Source: Alphaproteobacteria bacterium (GTDB lineage: Bacteria > Pseudomonadota > Alphaproteobacteria > MPNO01 > UBA830). From it: a stretch of DNA of 64,000 nucleotides. Positions within the stretch are counted from its first letter, which is position 1. Each line of letters opens with the position of its first letter. Below, in pieces: positions 1 through 9,885 of this stretch. The translations under genes and the position numbers were made by a program. The stretch spans positions 1,120,001 through 1,184,000 of the forward strand of contig OZ219790.1 in assembly GCA_964291215.2 (NCBI GenBank). Reading direction: 5' to 3'. Under the pieces are notes generated by a model. It had not been told where the DNA came from, made no database searches, and saw only the letters and a program-made list of their open reading frames with translations.

Positions 1-6
1 CTCGCG

Positions 7-1667
7 GTGACCGCCGACCGGGCGCTGACGGGCAGCCTGACGGTCAGCCTGACGCTGTCGGCGCGCAACGCAAGCGGCTTCGATGCCGGTGACGTTCCGG
101 GCGGTCTGGGGCCGCGTTCGTTCGATGCGGTGTTCGGCGCCGCGGCGCGCACCACGGGGGTGGTGACGATCCCGACCGCGGCCGATGCGGATACGGAGGG
201 GACGGAAGCCTACCGCATCACGCTGAACGATGGTGCGGACTACGCGGTGGGGAGCGACGCGACGGCTGCGGGCGTGCTGCGCGACCGGGGTTCCGCGGCG
301 CGGGCGAACCGGGTGAATGCGGCGGTGCTGCCGCATGTGGCGGCGGCGGCGATGTCGCAGACCCTGGGGGCGGTGACGGGGCGCATCGAGGCGGCCGGCA
401 GGCCGGGCAGCTCGCTGCGGTTCGGCGCCCTGCCGTCGTCGCCGGTCAGTCATGCCCGGTCCGCCCGGTCCGCGCCGCCGCGCCCTGAGGAGCCGGCCCT
501 GAGCGAGATACTGGACGGGGCGTCCTTCACGCTGGCGGCGGGCGCCGACGGCGAGGCGTCCGTGCCGCCGTTGGCGGTATGGGGCCGGGGCGAGTGGCTG
601 TCGGGTTCGGAGAAGGATGTCGCCTGGGACGGCGGTCTGTGGTCGGCGCAGCTGGGGGCGGATGTGCGGGTGCGCCCGGACCTGCTGGCGGGTGCGGCGC
701 TCTCCCATGCGCGGGGCGAGCTGGACACGCGGACGACCGGCGCTGCCGGCGGCCGGGTGAAGGGCGTGCACGAGACCACGATCACGTCGGTGCACCCCTA
801 TGCGGCGTGGCTGCTGCCGGACGGCTCGACCCTGTGGGCGAGCCTCGGCTACGGGACCGGCGAGGTGCGGATTGCCGAGGAAGGCGCGCCTTCGCGCAGT
901 GCGGACCTGACGCAGTGGAGCGCGTCTGCGGGCGGCCGCAGCGTCCTGGTCGAGGATGCGGAGCTCATCGGGGGCGGGATGACGCGCCTTGCGGTGAAGG
1001 GCGAGGGTTCGGCGGCGCGCCTGCGCACGGGGTCCGATGACGGCCTGGCGGGGCTGACGGCGAGGACGACGCGGCTGCGTCTGCTGCTGGAGGGCTCGTA
1101 CGAGCACGCGCTGGCGGGCGGTGCGACGCTGACGCCGGCTCTGGAGGCGGGGGTGCGCCATGACGGCGGCGACGTTGGCGAAGGGGCGGGCCTCGAGGCC
1201 GGGGCGGGCGTGACATGGCAGGACCCGGCGGAGGGCCTGACGGCCGAGTTGCGCGCGCGGCTCCTGGCGGCGCACGAGGCGGACCGTGACGAGTGAGCGC
1301 GCTGGTGCGCCTCGACCCCGGGGCCGACGGGCGCGGGACGTTCCTCGCCTTCGGTCCCGCGCACGGGCGGGCGGACAGCGGCCTCGGCCAGTGGTTCGAC
1401 CTGCCCGCGGCCGCATCAGGCGCGGCTTCGGAAGAGGCCGGGAGCCGTCTGGAGGCGGAGGTGGGCCACGGGTTCGGCCTTGCCGGTCCGGGGCCCCTGG
1501 CGGTGCTGACCCCCTGGGCGGGCTTGAGCCTGGCGGAGACGGGCGGGCGCACGCTGCGGCTCGGCGCGCGCTACCGCATGGGCGCGGGGCTCTCCCTCGG
1601 CCTCGAGGGCGCGCACCGGCCGGGCCCCGAAGACAGCCTCATGCTGCGCGGCGCGCTCCGCTGGTAG
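7..1667 (+). pseudogene. Autotransporter (Calx-beta-like passenger remnant plus beta-barrel), 5'-truncated by the window and frameshifted near 1293
   Basis: Barrel-like motifs (WGRG..., LGADVRV, HPYAAW, TPALEAGVRHDGGD). ORF 7..1296 continues in another frame as 1293..1667, ending in terminal W. Confidence 0.75.
1614..1654 (+). repeat. 41-bp direct repeat, copy 1
   Basis: caccggccgggccccgaagacagcctcatgctgcgcggcgc, identical to 5665..5705. Confidence 0.9.
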
Positions 1668-1768
1668 GAAAACACCCGGCGTGTCCTGCCGATGGCGCAG
1701 GACAGGGGCCGCCGCCCCGGCCGTGACAGGGAGGCCGCGCCGCTCTCGGCAAGGCCGTATTCCATGTG

Positions 1769-1796
1769 TTGACTTCCCCCCCCCCCCCGGTATTGT
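1769..1796 (+). promoter_or_regulatory. Putative sigma70 promoter with a C13 tract in the spacer
   Basis: TTGACT-16 nt-TATTGT; C13 at 1776..1788; GAGGAG RBS before ATG 1835. Confidence 0.6.
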
Positions 1797-1834
1797 CAAG
1801 GACATTGTTCACCTGACCTTGAGGAGAGATCGTC

Positions 1835-4045
1835 ATGGCAACCCATTACATCGACAGCGAAGAGACGGTGGATCGATCCCGGGATACCGGAGAAAACCGA
1901 TACGAGGCCAGGCGCGGGGAGGGCGGAAGTCCCTACGAAGGCCCGATGAACGTTGTCGGAGGGGCAGGCAAGGACACCTTCATCGGACAGAAGGGCAATG
2001 ACTGGTTCAAGGATTCCGGCGGCGGCAGCGACGCACACGGCGGTGGCGGGCGCGACTATCTCGAAGGCGGCAACGGACCGAACACCCTGCGCGGCGGCTG
2101 GGGCAACGACATCCTGGTCGGGAACCAGAAGGACCAGATCGCCGACCGCCTCTACGGCGGCTCCCACAACGACTTCCTGATCGCGGGCAAGCTCAAGGCG
2201 AGCAACCGGCAGGACGACGGCACCGGCGCGCTGACCGACGCGACGCTTGGCCGGGGGCCGATCTCCAACCAGGCCGGGGATCCGCAGGGAAGCCTCCTCC
2301 ATGGCGGCCATGGCGGCGACCACTTCATCCTCAACCCCGACAGCTATGTCTATATCGAGGACTTCCGGCATTATTACGACTACATCTACGTGACCGGTAT
2401 CCGGGACGGGGCGGAGCTCACCATTGTCCACCACCCCGACGGCCATTACGGGAATGCCCACTTCCGGATCATGCTCGGCAACAAGGTGCTCGCCGAGCTC
2501 AAGTTCGAGGAGGATGTCAATCCCGATGACGCCGAAGCCGTGAGGGTGGCGAAAGGGAAGATTGACGAGTTCCTGGAGACCGCGAGCGGGGACTGGATCA
2601 ACGGCGACCACAATGGCAACACCATTCAGGGCACCGCGCATTCCGACCATATCTACGGCCATGGCGGCGAAGACACGCTCAAGGGCGGCGCGGGGGACGA
2701 CGCTCTCGTCGGCGGCAACGGCAACGATACCCTCCGCGGCGGGGACGGCGACGACCGGCTGCAAGGCGGCAACGGCAACGACACGCTTTGGGGCGGCGCG
2801 GGCATGGACTCGCTGGACGGCGACGGCGGCAACGACCTGCTCTACGGCGGCGGCGGCGACGACGGGCTCTACGGCGGCGACGGCCACGACCGGCTCGATG
2901 GCGGCGACGGCAGGGATGTGCTCTACGGCCGCGCCGGCCGGGACATCTTCGTGATCAGCGAGGGCCGGAGCAGCGACGGGGCCGCTGACATCATCGGGGA
3001 CTTCAAGGTCGAGGAGGACTACATCCGGTTGCCGTTCAGCATCTCGTGGGACGATGTCCGGTTTGTCCGGAGCATCACGGACCCGAACGATGTGACCACG
3101 CACCTTGTCACTGGCACGGGCGACTCGCAGAAGGTGCTGGCCCGGTTCCAGGGCTTCGAGAATCTCACTGCCCAGCAGCTGCAGGAGCTCAAGAACAAGG
3201 TCGACTTCATCTGGGACTTCGACCCGAACGAGGAGTATCCGGACCCGCAGGCCGGGAAGACGCTCAAGGGCACGAACAGGAAGGACATGCTCGTCGGTGG
3301 CAAGGACAACGACACCATTGACGGCAAGGGCGCGGCGGACGTGCTCTACGGGCGCGGCGGCGACGACAGGCTCTTCGGCGGCAATGGCAAGGACACGCTG
3401 TATGGCGACAGCGGCGACGACTCCCTGTTCGGGGATGACAACAACGACATCCTCCACGGCGGCGCCGGCGGCGACACGCTGAACGGCGGGAAGAGCGCCG
3501 ACCGGCTGTACGGCGAAGACGGCGATGACACGCTCAATGGCGGCAATGGCGACGACATGCTGTATGGCGGCGCCGGCAGCGACGAGCTGGACGGCGGGGA
3601 CGGCAATGACCGGCTGGAAGGCGGCGAGGGCGATCTCGATGTGCTGGCCGGCGGCGCGGGCGAAGACCGGCTGTTCGGCAATGGCGGCAACGACCGTCTG
3701 GAGGGCGGCAGGGATGCCGACCGTCTGCGTGGCGGCGAGGGCGCCGACGAGTTCCTGTTCCGCCGGGGCGACGGTGTGGACGTCATCACCGACTTCGAGG
3801 ACGGGACCGACGCCATTATCTTCCTGGCCCAGACCGGGGCGAATGCCGAGACCGAGAAGAAGTTCCTTTCGTTCTCCGACCTGGTGCTGACCGACAGCGA
3901 GGAGGCGGGCGGCGTGGTCATCACCTCGGCCAAGCTCGCAGGCAACGAGATCATCGTCAGGGGCGTGACGTCCGAGATGCTGACGGCCGACGACTTCGGC
4001 TTCCTGACGGTCGATCAGTACAACGAACACCTCGACATCGGCTGA
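1835..4045 (+). CDS. RTX/hemolysin-type calcium-binding protein (probable T1SS substrate)
   Basis: Many GGxGxDxLx nonapeptides; C-terminal D-x-I-T-D-F domain. Confidence 0.9.
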   Translation: MATHYIDSEETVDRSRDTGENRYEARRGEGGSPYEGPMNVVGGAGKDTFIGQKGNDWFKDSGGGSDAHGGGGRDYLEGGNGPNTLRGGWGNDILVGNQKDQIADRLYGGSHNDFLIAGKLKASNRQDDGTGALTDATLGRGPISNQAGDPQGSLLHGGHGGDHFILNPDSYVYIEDFRHYYDYIYVTGIRDGAELTIVHHPDGHYGNAHFRIMLGNKVLAELKFEEDVNPDDAEAVRVAKGKIDEFLETASGDWINGDHNGNTIQGTAHSDHIYGHGGEDTLKGGAGDDALVGGNGNDTLRGGDGDDRLQGGNGNDTLWGGAGMDSLDGDGGNDLLYGGGGDDGLYGGDGHDRLDGGDGRDVLYGRAGRDIFVISEGRSSDGAADIIGDFKVEEDYIRLPFSISWDDVRFVRSITDPNDVTTHLVTGTGDSQKVLARFQGFENLTAQQLQELKNKVDFIWDFDPNEEYPDPQAGKTLKGTNRKDMLVGGKDNDTIDGKGAADVLYGRGGDDRLFGGNGKDTLYGDSGDDSLFGDDNNDILHGGAGGDTLNGGKSADRLYGEDGDDTLNGGNGDDMLYGGAGSDELDGGDGNDRLEGGEGDLDVLAGGAGEDRLFGNGGNDRLEGGRDADRLRGGEGADEFLFRRGDGVDVITDFEDGTDAIIFLAQTGANAETEKKFLSFSDLVLTDSEEAGGVVITSAKLAGNEIIVRGVTSEMLTADDFGFLTVDQYNEHLDIG

Positions 4046-4174
4046 GCCGCTTCTGGCTGTCCCGGGATACCGCAAGGCGGAACCGAAAACCAATACCCCG
4101 AAATCAGGCCAGCTCGATTCAATCAGGAGCGGCAGGATGCGTTCGGGAACAATCGTTGAAAGGAAGGGACCATC

Positions 4175-5623
4175 ATGACGCAAGACATTACTGGCGGCGG
4201 CGGCAAGGACCGCCTGTTCGGCGGCCCGGGCGACGACAGGCTCTTCGGCCGCGGCGGCAATGACGAACTCTACGGCCTCGGCGGCAACAACCTGCTCTAC
4301 GGCGAAGAGGGCAACGACCAACTCTACGGCGGCCCAGGCGCCGACAAGCTCTTCGGCGGCGATGGCAACGACAAGCTCGAAGGCTTCGCCGGCGCTGACT
4401 ATCTCGAAGGCGGCGATGGCGCTGACAGGCTCTACGGCGGGAAGGGTGACGACTGGCTCTGGGGCCAGGACGGCAACGACAGGCTCCTCGGCGGCGATGG
4501 CGGCGACAGGCTCTACGGCGGCGACGGCAACGACAGGCTCCTCGGCGGCGATGGCGACGACTGGCTCTGGGGCCAGGACGGCGACGACAAGCTCCACGGC
4601 GGCGGGGGTCACGACTGGCTCTACGGCGGGAATGGCAACGACAGGATCGAGGGCATCGCAGGCGACGACGAGCTCCACGGCGGCGAGGGCAACGACGAGC
4701 TCCACGGCGGGGAGGGCGCCGACAAGCTCTACGGCGAAAAGGGCAACGACCAACTCTACGGCGGCGAGGGCGACGACAAGCTCTACGGCAGCGATGGCAA
4801 CGACAGGCTCTACGGCGGAGAGGGTGACGACAGGATCGAGGGCGGCGCAGGCGACGACAAGCTCTACGGCCAGGATGGCGCCGACGAACTCTACGGCCAG
4901 GATGGCGCCGACGAACTCTACGGCGGCAGTGGCGCCGACAAGCTCTTCGGCGGCGATGGCGACGACTTGCTCCGGGGCCAGGATGGCGCCGACGAACTCT
5001 ACGGCGAAGAGGGCGACGACGAACTCTACGGCGGAGAGGGTGACGACAGGATCGAGGGCGGCGCAGGCGACGACAAGCTCTACGGCCAAGATGGCGCCGA
5101 CGAACTCTACGGCCAGGATGGCGACGACGAACTCTACGGCAGGGAGGGCAACGACACGATCCTCGGCGGCGCTGGCACCGACGAACTCTACGGCGGCGCT
5201 GGCAATGACAAGCTCTACAGCGGAGCAGGTGACGACTACCTCTCCGGTGGCGCCGGCGCCGATAAATTCGTGGGCGGCACAGGCGACGACCGGTTGGAAG
5301 GCGGCAAGGGCGCCGACCGGTTCCTTTTCCGCCAGGGCGATGGCGCCGATGTGATCACCGACTTCTCGGTCGAGGAGGACACCATCCTCTTCCTGGCCCA
5401 GACCAAGACGCAGGCAATGGACCTAGAGAACCCCGGACAGCTGTTCCTCCAGATCTCCGACCTGAAGGTCGTCGACGACTACGAGGCGGGCGGCGTCAGG
5501 ATCACGTCGAAGATGCTTGAAGGCAGCGAGATCATCCTCGAGGGCGTGACTTTCGACATGCTGTCGGCCGACAACTTCAACGTGCTGACGATGGAGGAGT
5601 ACAGGGACTTCCTGACCGCCTGA
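4175..5623 (+). CDS. RTX calcium-binding protein made almost entirely of nonapeptide repeats
   Basis: Contiguous 27-nt GGxGxDxLY repeats; C-terminus paralogous to 1835..4045. Confidence 0.9.
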   Translation: MTQDITGGGGKDRLFGGPGDDRLFGRGGNDELYGLGGNNLLYGEEGNDQLYGGPGADKLFGGDGNDKLEGFAGADYLEGGDGADRLYGGKGDDWLWGQDGNDRLLGGDGGDRLYGGDGNDRLLGGDGDDWLWGQDGDDKLHGGGGHDWLYGGNGNDRIEGIAGDDELHGGEGNDELHGGEGADKLYGEKGNDQLYGGEGDDKLYGSDGNDRLYGGEGDDRIEGGAGDDKLYGQDGADELYGQDGADELYGGSGADKLFGGDGDDLLRGQDGADELYGEEGDDELYGGEGDDRIEGGAGDDKLYGQDGADELYGQDGDDELYGREGNDTILGGAGTDELYGGAGNDKLYSGAGDDYLSGGAGADKFVGGTGDDRLEGGKGADRFLFRQGDGADVITDFSVEEDTILFLAQTKTQAMDLENPGQLFLQISDLKVVDDYEAGGVRITSKMLEGSEIILEGVTFDMLSADNFNVLTMEEYRDFLTA

Positions 5624-5664
5624 GCCAACCTGCTGCGGCACCGCTTCGGCGCAGGGCCGGCGCA

Positions 5665-5705
5665 CACCGGCCGGGCCCCGAAGACAGCCTCATGCTGCGC
5701 GGCGC
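5665..5705 (+). repeat. 41-bp direct repeat, copy 2
   Basis: Identical to 1614..1654. Confidence 0.9.
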
Positions 5706-5716
5706 ATGGCAGGAGA

Positions 5717-6532
5717 ATGCAGGCAGTGATTCATCTCACCGACATTTGGCCGATACGGGAGCCGGCTCTCTACAAGCTGCACTTCGCCCGCTACAACAAG
5801 CTCGATCAACCGCTCGACGTTTTCGTTCGCAGCCGGGAAGAATGGCAAGGCTGGCAGGAGCATCGACCCAAAAACAACGATTTCAACCGCCCGTACATCT
5901 TCTCGGTGATCGATTTCCATCGGGAGCCTGAAATCTGGTTGTTCGGCGGTGTGTGGGAAGTCGTGGAGCGGCTGCCGGACAGATACGTCGTATCCCTGAC
6001 CGAACAGGGCCGCGACTTCATCGGACGCCTCAAACTGCATTCTCCCTGGCGCCAACGGGCAACCCGCGTGGATTTCGAGAAACGCCTGAACGAATTCACG
6101 GTAAGCGAAATTCTCGGAGAGGAGTATTCCGGGATCGATTTTCCGGGCCATGACCGGATCGACATCGGTTTCGGCGAGCTCGAATCGCTCATCCGCAACG
6201 ACCGGCCCGATTGGCGCGGCGCCCTGGAGAACGCAAAAGGCGTTTATCTGATCACCGACGCAGGAACGGGACGGCTGTATGTCGGGGCTGCCTACGGCGA
6301 TGGCGGCGTCTGGTCTCGTTGGCGCGAATACAGCACGACCGGACATGGCAACAATGCCAACCTGAAGGAATTGCTCGGGAATCGCGGTCTGGACTATTGC
6401 CGGGAGCATTTCCGGTTTTCGCTTCTGGAAAGCCATACCGCCCGTATTGCCGACGCCATGATTGTCGAACGCGAAACGCACTGGAAGCGGGTTCTGCAAT
6501 CGCGTGGGGAATTCGGCTTCAACAGGAATTGA
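5717..6532 (+). CDS. GIY-YIG nuclease family protein
   Basis: GVYLITD...LYVGAAYG...RWREY motif in the C-terminal half. Confidence 0.8.
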   Translation: MQAVIHLTDIWPIREPALYKLHFARYNKLDQPLDVFVRSREEWQGWQEHRPKNNDFNRPYIFSVIDFHREPEIWLFGGVWEVVERLPDRYVVSLTEQGRDFIGRLKLHSPWRQRATRVDFEKRLNEFTVSEILGEEYSGIDFPGHDRIDIGFGELESLIRNDRPDWRGALENAKGVYLITDAGTGRLYVGAAYGDGGVWSRWREYSTTGHGNNANLKELLGNRGLDYCREHFRFSLLESHTARIADAMIVERETHWKRVLQSRGEFGFNRN

Positions 6533-6571
6533 GTCCGCCGAACTCCGAACAACGGCGTATGCGCTGCGTCT

Positions 6572-6740
6572 AACCCACCTTCCGGCGGCGGAAGGTGTCG
6601 ATCGCCCGGCGGTTGAGGTCGATGCTGCGCAGCGCCGGCGGCTTGCGCTTCAGGATCGCGCCGCCCCCAAGGAACGCCTCGATGTACACGTCATGCGGCG
6701 GCCGCGACGATCGCCCGTCGTCGCCTTCGATCCGTACCAT
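6572..6740 (-). pseudogene. Eroded N-terminus of a small D12/Dam-class DNA adenine methyltransferase
   Basis: Across frameshifts reads M..GSKATTG..IVA..PPHDVYIEAFLGGGAILKRKPPALRSIDLNRRAIDTF (motif I-like). Confidence 0.65.
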
Positions 6741-7069
6741 GCCGCCATCTACACCTCCGACGAGATCCGCCCCGATGGCCAGTCCTGTGGAGTATCCCTT
6801 CTACAATGTCAAGCGCATAGGTCCGGCGGATTAGAAAGGCAGCCAACGGAACCCGCTCCACCGGACAGCACGGTTGACACGCGACGTCAGCGCGGGATGC
6901 CAGGTCGCGTTGCAGACCCCTCCCCACAAGGCTGGAACGTGGAGCTGAAGAGCGATCCGCTTCTTGTCAGCCGGAACACGCACATCCGGTCATCGGCAGC
7001 GAGCAAGTGAAGGGAACAAGGGAAAATGTCGAATCCGAACCCGTCAGGAAAAACGATTCGTCATCAGCA

Positions 7070-7084
7070 GGGGGGAGTAGATAC
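7070..7084. mobile_element. Isolated IS66-type terminal repeat truncating the IS256 remnant
   Basis: ggggggagtagatac resembles the IS66 end ggggtgagtagatac; IS256 sequence resumes at 7085. Confidence 0.5.
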
Positions 7085-8755
7085 CATCTCGGCTACGGCC
7101 ACGGCACGAGAAGATCGCTGGCCGCGTTCAAGCGACTGGGGACGGGTCGTCCCCGTGACCGGCCGTCTTTGGCACCTGAACGGTAACAGTGGGGGTGTCG
7201 ATCCGCTTGTAGCCGTTGGCCCTGTCGCTCCGGTGTCCGTTCGTAGTGGCCCGCTTTCAAGTGCTGCTCGCGCTCGATTTGCATCGCAAGCTCGAAGAGC
7301 TGGCCAAAGACCCGCCCCGGATCCGTTGCTCCGTTTGCGATCAGATGTTCCAAAACGACCTCAATCATCGTAGTGTGTCGCAGCTCCATTCGCTTCCTCC
7401 ATGAATGTTTACAGCTCCATGGGATAGTACGATGGCGCCGCGTTTCACTGGGGGGGGGGGCAGTAGTCTACCGGCATTGTATTGATGGTTTTTTGTGGGT
7501 AGTATTCCTGTGTCGGCGTTCGTTGGAATCCAGACAGTGCCGATATCCACACGGGCAGATGCCGAACAGGCAGGCAGCCGCGGCCCCATGCGCAGGTCCG
7601 GACAACAGGCATGCCCGCATGTCTTCGGCGCAATGACAGGAGCAGCGCATATGGCCAACTCTCAGGGCAGGAAGCTCTACCGGGTAACCCTTTCGGCGCA
7701 GGGGCGCCGGGATCTGAAGGCGATCGGGCACCGGAGCCGCTTGGCGCCGGGCACAGGTCCTGATGCTGAGGGGCGCTTGTCGATGCCGACATTGCGCTGG
7801 GCACGGCGACGGTCGAGCGCTTGCGCAAGCGCTGCGTCTTGGAGGGACGCCGCCCTCAGCCGCAAGGAGCAGGTGAACCGTCGGCCGAAACGGCTGGACG
7901 GGGCGATGGAGGCGAAGCTGGTCGCCCTGCTCGTCCCCACCCGAGGGCTGTGGACGCTGAAGCTGCATGCCGGCCGTCTGGTGGAGATCGTCGAGCGCAT
8001 TTCGGAAGAGACGGTCAGGAAGACGCTAAAAAAAAGAGATCAAGCCGTGGCTGAAGCAGTACTGGTGCATTCCACCGCACCGGAGCGCACAGTTGGTGGC
8101 GGCGGATGTGCTTGACATTTATCAGCGGGACTTTGCCGGAGACGAGGTGCTGGTGTGCGAAACCAGCCGGCAGCAGACGAAGGAAACCCGAATCCCCCGT
8201 CCCCCGGTCAGCCGGAGGTGGTCGACTATGAATACGAGCGCAACGGTACCGCCAACCTCTTTCTGGCCTTTGCGCCCAACGAGAACTGGCGCACGGTGAA
8301 AGTCACCGACCGCCGCGGGACCGGGCGCACTTCATCCGGGAGCTTGCCGACGAGCATTTCCCCGACAGGAAGATCGTACTGGACAATCTGAACACGCACA
8401 GTCACTGTATGAAGCCTTCGAGCCCGAGGAGGCGGGTGCGAAAGCGGTTCGAGTTTCGCTACACGCCCAAGCACGGAAGCTGGCTCGACATGGCCGAGAT
8501 CGGTGTGCTGTCGCGGCAGTGCCTTCGGCGACGCATTCCCGACAGAGACACCATGCTGCGGGAGACCGTGGCGTGGGTGGAACGGCGCAATGCGGGCGAT
8601 GTCACCGTCGACTGGCGTTTCACGACGAAGGATGCCCGGACGAAACTGAGGTCTCTATACCCATCAATACAATAATTTCAGACTACTAGCCCCCCCAGTG
8701 AAACGCCTCAAAGCGCAAACCTCAAACAAATTTCCAGACATCAAGTTACAGCACC
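7085..8755 (-). mobile_element. IS256-family remnant (copy A), interrupted by IS630
   Basis: Inverted copy of the 5' part of 13109..14335; FELAMQIEREQHLKAGHYERT; terminal IR ends at 8755. Confidence 0.85.
7463..8686 (+). mobile_element. IS630-family element, degenerate
   Basis: 26-bp imperfect IRs (gtagtct...attgtattgatgg); TA flank at 8687; A8 slippery site 8028..8035; DYEYERNGT and YTPKHGSWLDMAEI motifs. Confidence 0.9.
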
Positions 8756-9799
8756 GAAAGAACGTGAATCGGACAGGACGAGATGTGCCTGTGAACCGAC
8801 ATCCCCGCACCATGACAACTCCAGTGCAGGAAAGCCAGCGAAAACTGAAAAAAAATCTCCCGCACCAACCCGCGCCTCCGCAAAACCCAAGTACTGCCTT
8901 GAAAAACCAAACAGAATTTAGCGTAAGATCGTCCTGCCTCACCGCGCATCCCGCCCAGCGGTGCACGAAACCGCTCCGGGTGACGCTGGAACTCCCTGAC
9001 AAAAGCCCGTCAAACGGACGAAAACAACAACACCTCACCGCACGAACGAACGCTTACCGGCTCCCCGGCCGCAAGAAACTCCGCAACCTGCCCGTTTATA
9101 TGGCCGAACTGTGCCCGTCCCGGGCAGGGTGCACGCCGCCTTCACGGGTCTTCGCGTTGGCGCGTATAAGCAAGATCGCCCAGAAGCCGCCCGACAAGCG
9201 AGTGCGACGCCGAATAGCCCTGCTCCTCAAGACACTTCGCAAGATGCCGGGCGCTCTTCGAAACCCACAGCAGAGACCGTTCCGGGTCGCCCCGCGTCGC
9301 CGGCGCAACCAGCGCCTCAAGCGCCGCCAGCAAACCCGGCTGACGCTCCGTCGCCAGCTTGCGCCCGCCGCCCGCGCGCCGGACCCGGTCCGGTGCCGGC
9401 GGCGACATGGCTCCGTCAATCTCCTTCAGACCCCGTCCAATCGTCGAACGCGCAACTCCGGTGAGATTCGAGACCTGCGTTATTCCGCTGCGCCCAAGAC
9501 ATTGCGCCTCAACCGCCGCGAGCAACCGGCGACCCTTCTCGTCAAGATGAGGAGAAAGGACTGCAAACCGGTGCCTTAATCCTCTTTGCCTGTTCCATGC
9601 ACCGAATATAAACGTCCCAACCAGCGCCGGAGAATTAACCGGCAACCAAACTGACCGACAAATCATCCTCGAAAGACCCCAATACCAACCAGCCGAAGCC
9701 AGCAAACTGACCCGTGGGCAAGCGCTCAACCAAAACCACCAGACAGACAAAAACGCCAACGCAAACAACATGGATTCGATTATTTGGTGACAGACCCTT
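8756..9799 (-). mobile_element. ISAzo13-family remnant
   Basis: LSPHLDEKGRRL...RVRRAGGGRK...TRGDPE...WVSKS motifs; truncated at the IS256 end. Confidence 0.8.
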
Positions 9800-9885
9800 G
9801 CACTATGAGGCTACGGGGCACGGTCGTTTCGAGGCGACGCTCTGACGCTGTCCGGCCCCGAAACCGGTGACAGGCCGCACCGTAG

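Noticed and set aside
1796-5089. 1097-aa minus-strand ORF
   Set aside because: Antisense shadow of the GC-rich RTX repeats; low-complexity V/A/E sequence
4190-5320. Regular 27-nt repeats as a possible CRISPR array
   Set aside because: In-frame coding RTX repeats with no unique spacers and no cas genes
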